A model generated the notes under the pieces. That model was not told where the DNA came from, searched no databases, and saw only the letters and a program-made list of their open reading frames with translations. From assembly GCA_023438065.1 (NCBI GenBank), contig JAEXRH010000014.1, positions 22,959-86,958 on the forward strand: DNA of 64,000 nucleotides. The letters run 5' to 3'. The position numbers and the translations under genes were made by a program. Positions 51,046 through 61,600 of this stretch are shown in pieces. The number at the start of each line of letters is the position of its first letter. Position 1 is the first letter of the stretch. This DNA comes from Spirochaetota bacterium. Lineage in GTDB: Bacteria; Spirochaetota; Spirochaetia; Treponematales; Treponemataceae.

Positions 51046-53097
51046 TCAGTCTACCGTCAGGTTCGCGAGGTACGCGTCGAAGGCGGTCTTCGCCTCGTCG
51101 AGCGCTTTCCGCGCGAGCTCGATTTTCGCCGCGAGCGCGTCGATGTCCGCGTCGAGCGCGGAAAGGCGTCTCAGGTATTCCTTCCCCTGCTGGGTCTCGT
51201 TCCCGGCGGCCTCGAGGTTCTTTCTCACCCGATCCTGCTCGCTTACCTTGTCGCGCTTTTGCGTTTCGAGAAGGGTAAGCGCCTTCTGCGCCTCGTCCGC
51301 GCGGTTCCTGAAATCGATGGCCTTCTCGAAGGCGGCGCGCGCCTTCGCGGGAAGCTCGCCCGAGGACCGGTAATAGAGAAGGCTCTCGATTCCCAGCTTC
51401 GCGAGGACGACCGTCTCCTCGGAAGGAGACTGCTCGTGCACGGCGAGTTTCGTTTCGGCTCCGGCCCCGACCGTGACCGCGAACCGATAGAGCCGGTCCG
51501 TCTTTTCCTCGGCCTTCGCGGGCCGGGTAAGCGTCGCGCCCGGAATGAACGGGTGCTCGACGACGACCTTACGGGACTTGGCAGAAGCGTTCCTGATCGC
51601 GTACGCGCGCTCATGGGTCGTGCGCCGCGCGATGGTCATCGCCCCGCGGGCGATCTTGACCGAGACGACCTCCTGAGAGCTCGAGGCGGAAAGGATACCG
51701 GTTACCGAGAGATCCTCTCCGTACGCGACGATCCTTTTGTCGTTCTCGGGAAAGAACTCGACGAGCGCGTCCCCCGCGTAGGCCCCGTCGTCGAATACCG
51801 TGATCGGCCCGGCGGGAAGCTTCATTCCCGTCGTGTTCGTGAGCTCCGCGCAGAGCATCGGATGGACGGGACCGCCGTACGCGGCCTTGTCTCCGGAGAG
51901 CACCGAAACCTTCTCGGTCTTCACCGCGGCCTCGACGAGCGGGATCATCGCGCTTTGCTGGCGGGGGAGCGTCACCGGCTTTTTGACGGTAAACTCGAAC
52001 TGCTCGCCCGCCGACCGCGCGACCGCGGTCTCGACGACGCCGCCGGAGACCGATTCGCGTTTCGCCTTCATGGCGGGCGCCGCCGCTTTCGCGAGCGCGC
52101 GGCTCGGCGCGGGACTCTCGGCGTATCCGTCGTAATCGGCCATCGCCTCCTCTGCCATCGACGCGCTCGAGGGAAGGGCTCCGAATCCGGATTCGTAGGT
52201 GGTAGCCTCGGCTATTCCCGCAATCGAAAGCGGCAAGACCGGGCGCGGAAGGTTCAGGGGCGGATAGAGATTCTGCACGAAGGATACGGGACGCCCCGTC
52301 ACGAGCGATAGCTCCACGCCGTTCCAATCCATGTCACCCGCGTTATCGACGATCGCCCATCCCTGTAAAAAGGGCTTTTCGCCCTCGAGGTCGAGCCGAT
52401 AGGACACTTTCCAGACGGGGGCGGGAACGACATACCCGAGAGAGACCTCGCGCGGCCCCTTGCCCGGTAAGCTCACCCGAAGCACGCGCGTATCGTCGCC
52501 TTTCGAGGACTGGATGAGATCGAGCGCCCGCGCGAGGTCTTCCGACACCTTCCGGTCCGCGAACGCGAAGGACGCGATCTCGGAAATCCTGAACGCGCGA
52601 ATGCCCTCCTTCGTCAAAAGGGACAGATACGCCTCGCTCGCCGGAACGGCGGAATCCTCATGGCCCGGGGGCACGACGCGATTTTCGACCCCGAGAATAC
52701 GGCCTGAAACCGGTTCCGGAACCGACACGGAGATCTCCTGGCCCCGAAGGCCCGAAAGGATCTCCGCGATCCCGGGATTTCCCGAAAGATCGACGCTCAG
52801 GCTTCTCAGGGTCTTCGCGAGGGTATCCGCCGAGGGATACATCACCGAGGGAGAGGTCGCCTCGGGGTCGCTGATGACGAGCGATTTCAGGACGTCGTTG
52901 ACCGCCTGCGCGTCAAAGGTCAAATCCGTCTCGACGTTTCCCGAGACCGGTCCGCGATGCTCGAAAAAGCCGACGCCCGACGAATAGAGCGCGACCTTCT
53001 TGACGGGAAGGTCAACTTTTTTCGTTTCCGCGAAAAGTGCCGTGGTCGCCAGCATCAGCGCGCACAGCGCGATAGCGTTGCATGTCCGTCGAATCAT
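51046..53097 (-). CDS. Secreted DUF4139-like protein with C-terminal coiled coil (683 aa)
   Basis: Signal peptide MIRRTCNAIALCALMLATTALFA. DUF4140-like N-terminus (VKKVALYSSGVGFFEHRG) and DUF4139-like core (VWKVSYRLDLEGEKPFLQGWAIVDNAGDMDWNGVELSLVTGRPVSF). Shares an ATGA overlap with the upstream hydrolase gene. Confidence 0.7.
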   Translation of the reverse strand: MIRRTCNAIALCALMLATTALFAETKKVDLPVKKVALYSSGVGFFEHRGPVSGNVETDLTFDAQAVNDVLKSLVISDPEATSPSVMYPSADTLAKTLRSLSVDLSGNPGIAEILSGLRGQEISVSVPEPVSGRILGVENRVVPPGHEDSAVPASEAYLSLLTKEGIRAFRISEIASFAFADRKVSEDLARALDLIQSSKGDDTRVLRVSLPGKGPREVSLGYVVPAPVWKVSYRLDLEGEKPFLQGWAIVDNAGDMDWNGVELSLVTGRPVSFVQNLYPPLNLPRPVLPLSIAGIAEATTYESGFGALPSSASMAEEAMADYDGYAESPAPSRALAKAAAPAMKAKRESVSGGVVETAVARSAGEQFEFTVKKPVTLPRQQSAMIPLVEAAVKTEKVSVLSGDKAAYGGPVHPMLCAELTNTTGMKLPAGPITVFDDGAYAGDALVEFFPENDKRIVAYGEDLSVTGILSASSSQEVVSVKIARGAMTIARRTTHERAYAIRNASAKSRKVVVEHPFIPGATLTRPAKAEEKTDRLYRFAVTVGAGAETKLAVHEQSPSEETVVLAKLGIESLLYYRSSGELPAKARAAFEKAIDFRNRADEAQKALTLLETQKRDKVSEQDRVRKNLEAAGNETQQGKEYLRRLSALDADIDALAAKIELARKALDEAKTAFDAYLANLTVD

Positions 53098-54107
53098 TGT
53101 GTCCTCCGATAAAACTCGCGTATCTTCCGCATATAGAGCTCTCTCGCGTAGAAAAAAGGCCCGATGTGGGGCGCACCGGGAATAACAACCGACTCGGACC
53201 CCGGTTTCAGGGGATACTGAAAAATATCCCGAACCATCCCGATCGGGACAAGGACGTCGTTTTGCCCGTGGAAAAAAAGGATCGGAACGGCGATTCGGCC
53301 CATGACGCGGCGCGGGGCCATCCGGCGGAAGAACACGCCCGTCGCGATAAAGCTCGCGAGGCTCGAGCCGAGGGAAAGGCTTTTCGCGATGAACGCGTTT
53401 CCGGCGGCGATAGCGACGAGCCGCTCGAAAACCTCGCCGTGGCTCGCGAACGCGGAATCCGCGATAAGCCCGCGAACGGCATGGGGCATGCCTCGGGCGG
53501 CGTAAAGGAGCACGGCGGATGCGCCCATCGATATTCCATGGAGATACACGCGGGTATCAGGATCGCGCGCGAGCAGCCAGGAAACCCACGCGCCGATATC
53601 CTCGCCCTCGCGGACGCCCATCGTGCGTTTCGTTCCCTCGCTCTCCCCGTGCGAACGATGATCCACGGCGAGGACATTCCAGCCCATCGCGTGGTATTCC
53701 TCGGCGAGATAGCCCAGCCCGGCCGCCGAGTCCATCATCCCGTGCGCGAGGAGCGCCGTAGGCGCGGCCCCGCGCCCTTCCGACGAATTCCGCCAGTAAT
53801 ATCCGGCGAGGGAGAGTCCGTCCCGGGAGAGAATGGTTATGTCCTCGATTTGACCCGATGCCCTGAGCGCGGCCCAGCGTTCGCGACCCGCGACGATCGG
53901 CTCCATGACGCGCTGATCGCGGGTATGGGCATAGAGGGGCGAGCGGGCTTCGCGTTCCCTGAGCCGCATGGGCTGAAAGGCCGCGCGATCGGTGGTGAAG
54001 CTCGAGCAATAAAGAACCGCGCCCCCGACAAGCGTTAATACGAGCCAAACGAGGGCGCAGGCAAGCGCGGATAGCAGAATGAACGAAAGAACCGGAACGA
54101 TAGTCAT
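53094..54107 (-). CDS. Alpha/beta hydrolase (membrane-anchored, 337 aa)
   Basis: Nucleophile elbow HGISMGAS and HG oxyanion region LLAHGMMDS. Has an N-terminal TM helix. I chose the ATG at 54107. The ORF track starts at 54152. Confidence 0.8.
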   Translation of the reverse strand: MTIVPVLSFILLSALACALVWLVLTLVGGAVLYCSSFTTDRAAFQPMRLREREARSPLYAHTRDQRVMEPIVAGRERWAALRASGQIEDITILSRDGLSLAGYYWRNSSEGRGAAPTALLAHGMMDSAAGLGYLAEEYHAMGWNVLAVDHRSHGESEGTKRTMGVREGEDIGAWVSWLLARDPDTRVYLHGISMGASAVLLYAARGMPHAVRGLIADSAFASHGEVFERLVAIAAGNAFIAKSLSLGSSLASFIATGVFFRRMAPRRVMGRIAVPILFFHGQNDVLVPIGMVRDIFQYPLKPGSESVVIPGAPHIGPFFYARELYMRKIREFYRRTQ

Positions 54108-54174
54108 AGGCCTTCCCCCCGAAAGTATACTTCCTGCATGGGGAAGCGGCAATCGAGGGGAAGGATCCCGTGAG

Positions 54175-55521
54175 CTATTTGTCCTTCTTTTCCTCTTTCT
54201 CCGCCTTGTAGATGGCGTTGAATGCCTTCGTCTCGGCGACGATCACCCCGGAAAGGCCGAGGAGCGCGATGAGGTTCGGGATCGCCATCAGGCCGTTGAA
54301 CACGTCCGAGATGTTCCAGACCATGTCGAGGTTCGTCGCGACCGCGCCGATTCCCGCGACGAGGATATAAAGAACGCGATACGGGAATATCGCCTTCTGC
54401 CCGCCGAGGTAGTACGCGCAACGCTCCCCGTAATAGGCCCAGCCGAGAACGGTCGAGTACGCGAAGAGGAAAAGCCCGATCGTGACGATGTACGGCCCGA
54501 TTCCCCCCGCGAACAGCTTGAAGGTCGCGTTCGTGAGCATCGCCCCCTTGAGCCCGCTGTCATACTGGCCGCCCATGACGAGGATGAGGCCGGTCATCGT
54601 GCACACGACGATCGTGTCGAGGAATACCGAGGTCATCGAGACGAGGGCCTGGCGTCCGGGATGGTCGCTGATCGCCGCCGCGGCCGCGATCGGCGCCGAG
54701 CCGAGACCCGCCTCGTTCGAGAAAACGCCGCGCGCGACGCCGTAGCGGATCGCGAGACCCGCCATGCCGCCCGCGAAGGCCTGCGCCGAGAACGCGCCGT
54801 TCCAGATAATGGCGAACGCGCCCGGAACGAGCTTGTAATTCGCGATAATGATGAAAAGGCTGATGACGACGTAAAAAATGATCATGAACGGCACGAAGAT
54901 CGAGACGACCCTGCCGATGGATTTGATTCCGCCGAGGATGACGAGGGCGGAGATCACGACGAGCACGACGGCCGTAATCCAGGTCGGAACGTTGAAGGTG
55001 CTGAGCATCGAGGACGCTATCGAGTTCGTCTGGACGCCGCTTCCGATACCGAAGGAGGCGACGACCGCGAAGAACGCGAAAAGAAGCCCGAGCCAGCGGG
55101 CCTTGAGCCCCCGCTCGATGTAGAACATCGGGCCGCCGGCCATCATTCCCTTTTCGTCCGTCACACGGTACTTCACCGCGAGGATGGCCTCGCCGTATTT
55201 CGTGGCCATACCGACGAGCGCGCTCGCCCACATCCAGATCATGGCGCCAGGTCCGCCGATGACGATCGCCGTCGCGACGCCGACGATATTTCCGGTTCCG
55301 ACCGTCGCGGCGAGCGCGGTCATGAGCGCCTGAAAATGCGAGATATCGCCTTCGGAGTTATTATCCTGATGTTTCGAGAACGCGAGTTTGAGCGCGTAGG
55401 GAAGCCGCGTGAATTGCAGCCCCTTCAGGATGATCGTGAGAAAAAGACCCGTACCGATGAGCAGCACGAGAACCGGCGGGCCCCAAACGATGTTGGAAAC
55501 CGTTGAAATAATCTGTTCCAT
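54175..55521 (-). CDS. Alanine/glycine:cation symporter (AGCS) family transporter (448 aa)
   Basis: ALMTALAATVGTGNIVGVATAIVIGGPGAMIWMW and FSNEAGLGSAPIAAAAA. Polytopic. The ATG at 55521 is preceded by AAGGAAAGG. Confidence 0.9.
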   Translation of the reverse strand: MEQIISTVSNIVWGPPVLVLLIGTGLFLTIILKGLQFTRLPYALKLAFSKHQDNNSEGDISHFQALMTALAATVGTGNIVGVATAIVIGGPGAMIWMWASALVGMATKYGEAILAVKYRVTDEKGMMAGGPMFYIERGLKARWLGLLFAFFAVVASFGIGSGVQTNSIASSMLSTFNVPTWITAVVLVVISALVILGGIKSIGRVVSIFVPFMIIFYVVISLFIIIANYKLVPGAFAIIWNGAFSAQAFAGGMAGLAIRYGVARGVFSNEAGLGSAPIAAAAAISDHPGRQALVSMTSVFLDTIVVCTMTGLILVMGGQYDSGLKGAMLTNATFKLFAGGIGPYIVTIGLFLFAYSTVLGWAYYGERCAYYLGGQKAIFPYRVLYILVAGIGAVATNLDMVWNISDVFNGLMAIPNLIALLGLSGVIVAETKAFNAIYKAEKEEKKDK

Positions 55522-55585
55522 TTCGCCTTTCCTTTGTATATTGAGACAATGAGGTTTATTATAACCTGAAGAGGGGTTTTGCTGT

Positions 55586-56266
55586 ATGTTTTTCGACAAA
55601 TATTACCTGCTTTTGGTCGTTCCCACGCTCATCCTTTCGATCTATGCGCAGATCAAGGTCAAGACGACCTTTTCCCGGTTCTCGAAAGAGCAGAGTCGCC
55701 GGCGCATTACGGGCGCCGAGGCGGCCAAACTTCTCATGCGCTCGAGCGGGATCAACGACGTCGGGATCGAGGCGGTCGCCGGCTCCCTTTCCGACCATTA
55801 TGACCCTTCGAGCAAGAAACTCCGCCTTTCCGAGCCGGTTTACGGCGAAACCTCGATCGCCGCTATCGGGGTCGCCGCGCACGAAACGGGTCACGCGATC
55901 CAGCATGCGACGGCGTACGGTCCGCTCGCGCTCAGAAGCTATCTCGTCCCGGTAGCGAATATCGGCTCCATGTTCGGCCCCTACATCGCGATCGCCGGGC
56001 TTTTTTTCGGAATGCCGTTCCTCCTCGACCTCGGCATCATCCTTTTCGCCGGCGCGGTACTTTTCTACCTCATTACCCTGCCCGTTGAATTCAACGCCTC
56101 AAGCCGCGCGATCGCGATCCTCCGGAACAACGGTGTTCTCGCCGAGGACGAGCTTTCCGGCGTCCGCACGGTCCTTACCGCGGCGGCGATGACCTACGTC
56201 GCCTCGGCGCTCACGGCGGTCGCGAACCTGCTCCGGCTCGTGCTCCTTGCCCGGGACCGCGACTAG
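55586..56266 (+). CDS. Zinc metallopeptidase, Zn_peptidase_2 (YugP-like) family (226 aa)
   Basis: N-terminal TM helix, HETGHAIQH zinc motif, C-terminal TM helices and EFNASSRA. Confidence 0.85.
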   Translation: MFFDKYYLLLVVPTLILSIYAQIKVKTTFSRFSKEQSRRRITGAEAAKLLMRSSGINDVGIEAVAGSLSDHYDPSSKKLRLSEPVYGETSIAAIGVAAHETGHAIQHATAYGPLALRSYLVPVANIGSMFGPYIAIAGLFFGMPFLLDLGIILFAGAVLFYLITLPVEFNASSRAIAILRNNGVLAEDELSGVRTVLTAAAMTYVASALTAVANLLRLVLLARDRD

Positions 56267-56334
56267 CCCGCGTCACGAACCGGGGAACCGTTTCTGTTAG
56301 AAAACGGGCCCCCGGTATGCTATACTTTCCCCCT

Positions 56335-57318
56335 ATGACAACCTACGACACCGCAACCGCCCTCATCGAGGGTCTTTCCTCGGTCATCCAGGGGAAACGC
56401 GGCGAACTCGAGTTATTTGTCGCGTCGTTTCTCGCGGGAGGACACGTCCTCATCGAGGACTTTCCCGGCCTCGGCAAGACGACGCTCGCGCGGACCCTTT
56501 CGCGTCTCGTCGCTTCCGACGCGGGGAGCGCGAGTTTCAAGCGCATCCAGTTCACCCCCGACCTTCTCCCCTACGACATCACCGGCGTCGACATATTCAA
56601 TCCCGAGGAACGAACCTTCACCTTCAGGCCCGGTCCGGTCTTTTGCGACATCCTCCTCGCGGACGAGATCAATCGCACGACCCCGAAGGTCCAGTCCGCC
56701 CTGCTCGAGGTAATGGCCGAGCGGCAGGTGACGATCAGCGGAACCACGCATGAAGTCAGCCCGCTCTTTTTCGTCGTCGCGACGCAAAACCCCATCGAGA
56801 CCGAGGGGACCTATCCCTTGCCCGCGGCCCAGCTCGACCGATTCATGACGCGCCTGTCCCTCGGCTACCCGGACGAGAAAGCCGAACGGGCGATTCTGCG
56901 GATGGACCCGTCCGAGACGATCCTTCCGACCGTAAAACCCGTTATTTCGACCGCGGAAGTCCTGGAGGCGAGAGCCGGACAAAAGGGCGTTCACTGCCAC
57001 CCCGCGCTCGAGGAAGCCCTCCTGACCGTCGTCCGAAAGACGCGCGCCCATCCGGCCTTCGCACTGGGCGTTTCCCCGCGCGGGGCCCTGCAATACCTCC
57101 ACGCCGCGAAAACTCTCGCGCTCGTCCGGGGAAGGCAATGGGTCGAGGACGGGGACATCGTCGACCTCGCGTTGCCGATTCTCGCGCACCGGGTCGTTCC
57201 GAGCGACGCCAGGACCGACATAGCGTCAACCCTTTCATCCATCGTTTCCGAAACCTTGCGCAAGCTCGACCGGAAAACGGATTGGTCGAAAGAGGCTCCC
57301 CTTGACTCATCCCGCTGA
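56335..57318 (+). CDS. MoxR family AAA+ ATPase (327 aa)
   Basis: Walker A region DFPGLGKTTLARTL, Walker B LLADEINR, VVATQNPIE, sensor region GVSPRG. An upstream ATG at 56317 is an alternative start. Confidence 0.92.
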   Translation: MTTYDTATALIEGLSSVIQGKRGELELFVASFLAGGHVLIEDFPGLGKTTLARTLSRLVASDAGSASFKRIQFTPDLLPYDITGVDIFNPEERTFTFRPGPVFCDILLADEINRTTPKVQSALLEVMAERQVTISGTTHEVSPLFFVVATQNPIETEGTYPLPAAQLDRFMTRLSLGYPDEKAERAILRMDPSETILPTVKPVISTAEVLEARAGQKGVHCHPALEEALLTVVRKTRAHPAFALGVSPRGALQYLHAAKTLALVRGRQWVEDGDIVDLALPILAHRVVPSDARTDIASTLSSIVSETLRKLDRKTDWSKEAPLDSSR

Positions 57319-58600
57319 AAAACGGGATGGCGCTCGCTTTTCCGTCACCCGCTTCGGATTCGCCGCCCTCGCGCTCGCCCTTGCCTTAATCGCGGAAGGC
57401 CTCTTGCACGGAGAGCTCGCCGCGCTTCTTTCGGGCGCGGGACTCCTTGCCTACGCGACATACTCGTTTTGCGTCGCGGCGCTCGCCTCGTTCGCCTGGC
57501 GCGACGTGAGCGTGTCCGCGGAATGGGGCGACGTCGACCATGTCATCCTTCGAGCCCTTCCGGCTATCGGCGATTCGGCGCTCGGGCCCTGGCTTTCCTT
57601 CTGCTCGGTCCGGTATGAGGCCAGCTATCGACACGACGAAGAAGGCCCGGGATCAAAGGCCTTTATTCTTTCCGTGCTCCTGTCGCCCGGGGAACCGAAA
57701 AAAAGGATCGCGCCTCCCGATCGCGGGATCTATGTCGGTTCTGTCCCCAAACTCGTCATTTCCGACTTCTCCGGACTATTCCGTTTCGCGAGGGATCTCG
57801 CGAGCGCGGGAAGCGCGGGCACCCTCGCAATTCCGGCCCGACCGGAAACTTGCGGGATTCCGGTCCTCCCCTCGGGAAGCTCCTCCTTTGTCGCGGGGAA
57901 AAGCACCTTTCGCCGCTCGGAGGAGCTGTACGAGGCTCGCCGTTATTTCTCGGGCGACGACCCCCGAAAGATCAACTGGAATATCTTCGCCCATACCGGA
58001 GAGCTCGCGATCCGCGAGGGAGAACTGTTGCCGCCGCCGTCGGCCGAATTCCTCTTTCGCGTGAATGCCTCCATGCCGGTCGGGTTTCGCGGAGACTCGC
58101 GGCGAGACGCCGAACGGCGCTTCGAGCGGCTCGTATCCCGGGCGGCGTACGTGGCGCTTTGGCTATCGAGAAGAGGAAGGGTCGTGACCCTCGAGACGGG
58201 GAGGCGGAACGGGTCGCCCGAAAGGATACGGATAGAACCGGAAAGCGTCCTGGCCGAACGCGAAATCCTCGAGGCGTTCGCCCGTTACGCCCTTTTCCGG
58301 AAAGCAGTCCCGGAAGACGCCCCGTCAGCGCCCGTCAGCGACCCGGACAACGCGGCCATACTGGTTTTCACGATGCCCGATCAAGCGGTCCCGCCCATTC
58401 GCTCCGGCGCGAACGTCGCGCTCATCCTCGGTCCGTTTCCGGAAAAAGCGCGTCCCTGGTCCCCGAGGGAAGAGCTCCTCAAATACGTGTTTCTCGGGAC
58501 GACCGGGACCTCCCCGCTTTCGGGTCAGGCCTATCGTTCACGATTCATGACCGCGCTTTCGTCGCTGCGCAAGGAGCGAGACAATGTTCAGACGGTTTGA
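57302..58600 (+). CDS. DUF58 domain-containing protein (432 aa)
   Basis: Two N-terminal TM helices. DUF58 signature EARRYFSGDDPRKINWNIFAHTGELAIRE. TTG start overlaps the MoxR 3' end by 17 nt. Confidence 0.8.
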   Translation: MTHPAEKRDGARFSVTRFGFAALALALALIAEGLLHGELAALLSGAGLLAYATYSFCVAALASFAWRDVSVSAEWGDVDHVILRALPAIGDSALGPWLSFCSVRYEASYRHDEEGPGSKAFILSVLLSPGEPKKRIAPPDRGIYVGSVPKLVISDFSGLFRFARDLASAGSAGTLAIPARPETCGIPVLPSGSSSFVAGKSTFRRSEELYEARRYFSGDDPRKINWNIFAHTGELAIREGELLPPPSAEFLFRVNASMPVGFRGDSRRDAERRFERLVSRAAYVALWLSRRGRVVTLETGRRNGSPERIRIEPESVLAEREILEAFARYALFRKAVPEDAPSAPVSDPDNAAILVFTMPDQAVPPIRSGANVALILGPFPEKARPWSPREELLKYVFLGTTGTSPLSGQAYRSRFMTALSSLRKERDNVQTV

Positions 58601-61600
58601 CCCCGCGCAAGGCTTGCGAACCCTCTCTTTTTTGATCCTTTTCGTCGTCCCCGGGCTTTATATCAAGGAAATACTTCCCTTGTGGGTTTTGCCCCTTGCC
58701 GTCGCGCTGTCGATCGCGGCGGCCTATGCGCTCGACGGGATCCGGCTCAGGACGATACCGGCAGTCATGTGCTCGCTCGCGGGAACGGGCCTTCTCTTCG
58801 TCGCGCTCTATGTCATCGCGCGCGCGATCCGGAACAACTCCGTCAGCGCGGCCTTTCTTCGCGTATCGCTCGCCTACTGGATCCCGGTGGTATCCTGCGC
58901 CCTGACCGTCGCCGCAACCCTCGCGTGGAGACGGAACCCTGTCTGGAAGAAACTCGAGCCGCTCGCGCTCATCGCGGCGTTCGCCGTTCTTTTCTGGTCT
59001 CAGGGGAGGCACTCGATCACGGTTTTTCCCCACCCGCTCTACCTCGCGTCGCTCGCCTCCGCGATGATCGGCGTTACCCTCGCCAGGATGACGCTCACCC
59101 GCGAGGAAAGGCATCGCGGATGGGCCGCCCTCGCGGGTTTCGCGCCCTTTTTGGCGCTCGTCATTTTCTTCATCATGGCTGCCTTCAACGCCCTTTCGGT
59201 GACCAATAACGGGGGCCTCATCCAGCCGACCCTTTTCCGTTTTGATTTTTCCCCGTATCTCTCCCTCCAGAACGAGATCAAGCTCAACGACAAGCTCGTG
59301 CTCATCGTCAGGACCGCGGAGGAAAACTCGACGACGCTCCTGAGACGCATCTATCTCGCCGGGTGGAACCCGGAAAAGGGCTTTTTCGAGGACGACCCGC
59401 CGGGAGAGCCCCGCCAGATAACGCAAGTGCCGGGCCGGCCGCAATCAGTTCCCCATGACGCCTTCGAGCTCCGCTCGCCCGCGGAGCAGGAGTATTTCAT
59501 CGTGAACTTCGATCCCTCCTCCCTGATCGCCATGGATTACCCCGTCGCCATCACGCCGTATCGCATCTGGGACTCGACCGCGTTCAACGGCGCGTACGCG
59601 GTCACGAGCGAGACCATCGGCTTCATTCCCTTCGAGCTCTTCGACTGTCCCGCGCCTACCGGAAATCCCGACGAGGGAATGACGCGAAAGACGCTCGACT
59701 ACTACACCGCGATCGACCCGAAAACGGCGGCTCTCGTCGGGGCAATCGCACGAAGGCATATCGAGAACGTTCCCGGATACTACGACAAAATCCAGGCTCT
59801 CAACTCCTATCTCCGCGACGGGGAGTTCCGGTATTCCCTCAAGCCCGGTGTCGCGCCCGACGGGAACCAGCTTCGCTACTTTCTCGAGGACACTAAAAAG
59901 GGCTACTGCACCTATTTCGCGTTTTCACTGTGCCTGATGCTCAGAAGCGTCGGTATTCCCGCGCGCATCGCCGCGGGATTTTTCCTGAAGCCCGATTCCG
60001 GCGCGCTCGACTATTATCCCGTGCGCGCGAACATGGCCCACGCGTGGGTCGAGGTTTTCTTTCCCCGGTACGGCTGGATCTCGTTCGACCCGACCTCGAA
60101 CGAGCTCGCGGAGGGCGAAAATCTCGAGATCGACATGAATCCCGGCGGGGACGAATTCCTCAACCTTCTCAGCGAGATCATAGACCGGAGAAACGAGCTC
60201 ACCGCGGAAAACCGCGCGACGGCGTCGCAAGGATCGCTCGCCTCGCTCATGAAAGCCGTGTACTCCTTCGTCTCGAGGCATTCCCGGCCGGGAATCCTCG
60301 CGCTTGTGTGCATACTCCTCGCGATACCGGGCCTGAGGCGTCTCTATCGACATCTCGTCATGACCCGTTCGGCCAACGCGAGAAAGGCCGTGCTCTTCGC
60401 CGCCCGGGAGATGTACCGCGCGCTCGCGCGTTCGGGACTCAAGCGGGAACGGGGGGAATCCAGGACCGCCTTTACCCGCAGGTTGAACGATCCCGCGGTC
60501 TCGGAGCTCTTCTCGCTCGAGCAGCGCGCGCGATATGCGCCGGAGCTCCCCGCCTCGGCGCGGGAGCAAGCCCTTGTCCTCCTGAGAACCGTCAAACGCC
60601 ACTACCGGAAACGAAAGACTTTATCGGCAAGATCCTGGCTGATGATTCTTTTTCTCGCCTTGACCCTCCGTTCGCCCTCGGCTCAGGAAGTGAACGCCGC
60701 CGAGGAGACGCTTCTCGCGCAGGCGAATACGGCGATCAAGGCCGAAAACTGGGAGTCGGCCATCACGCTCCTGACGAACGGGATCCGTTCGTTCCCGAAA
60801 AATCCCTTCTTCCACTATACCCTCGGAAACCTCTATACCGATCAGCGTCTCTATGCGGCCGCGAGAAAGGAACTCCTCGCGGCGCGCGAACTCGATTATC
60901 CCGACATCGAGCTCTATTCCCGTCTCTCGGAGGTATCGAGCCTTCTCAATCTGGACGAGGAAGCCCTTTCCTTCATAACGGAGTTTCTCGCCGAAAGGCC
61001 CGAGGATCTTGTCGCCTGGTCGAATTACGGCTGGCTTTGCTACAAGACGAACCGCCTCGACGAGGGAATCAAGAAGCTCCACGAAACCCTCGCGACCTAC
61101 GGCCCGGACGGAAACCTGTACGTCGGGCTCGGAAACCTCTATACGGCCGCGTTCGACTACCCTAACGCGAAGAAGTACTACACCCTTGCCATCGAAAACG
61201 CGGAGCGCCTCAATCAGCTCTATCCGGCGTCGATCCATTACTATAACCGTTCGATTCTCGAGGAAACCTTTTATCATTTCGATGATGCCTATCGGGACAC
61301 GGTACGCTCTCTCGAGGCGACCCCGCGGTCCTCCGGTTATCTCATGCAGGGAGAACTCGAACTCAGACGGCATTCCTTCAAGGCGGCGTTTGAGCAATAC
61401 ATGAAAGCCTTTACGATCGATTCCACCCCGCTTGCGTCCATGGGCCTTGCCGACACCTTGATGCAAGCCGGGTATCCGAGCGAAGCCGCTCAGTACATGG
61501 ACGCAATCGAGCGAAAGAAAGACCTTTCATGGATTTCCAACTATGGAACGACGCCCGACCAATATCGCGCCGATATCTTTAAAACCCGCATGGAAATCTC

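Noticed and set aside
54079-55506. 475-aa plus-strand ORF antisense to the AGCS symporter gene
   Set aside because: The transporter on the minus strand is hydrophobic and motif-bearing. The antisense product is an extreme Arg/Asp/Glu-rich sequence.
55522-55585. Glycine riboswitch upstream of the alanine/glycine symporter, and a T-box leader upstream of pheS (22191-22250)
   Set aside because: Both upstream regions are only about 60 nt long. This is too short for these elements, and they lack the conserved cores.
58322-58341. Tandem duplication CCCGTCAGCG x2 inside the DUF58 gene
   Set aside because: There are only two copies of a 10-mer. They translate as SAPVSD and keep the frame. This is a trivial local duplication with no array.
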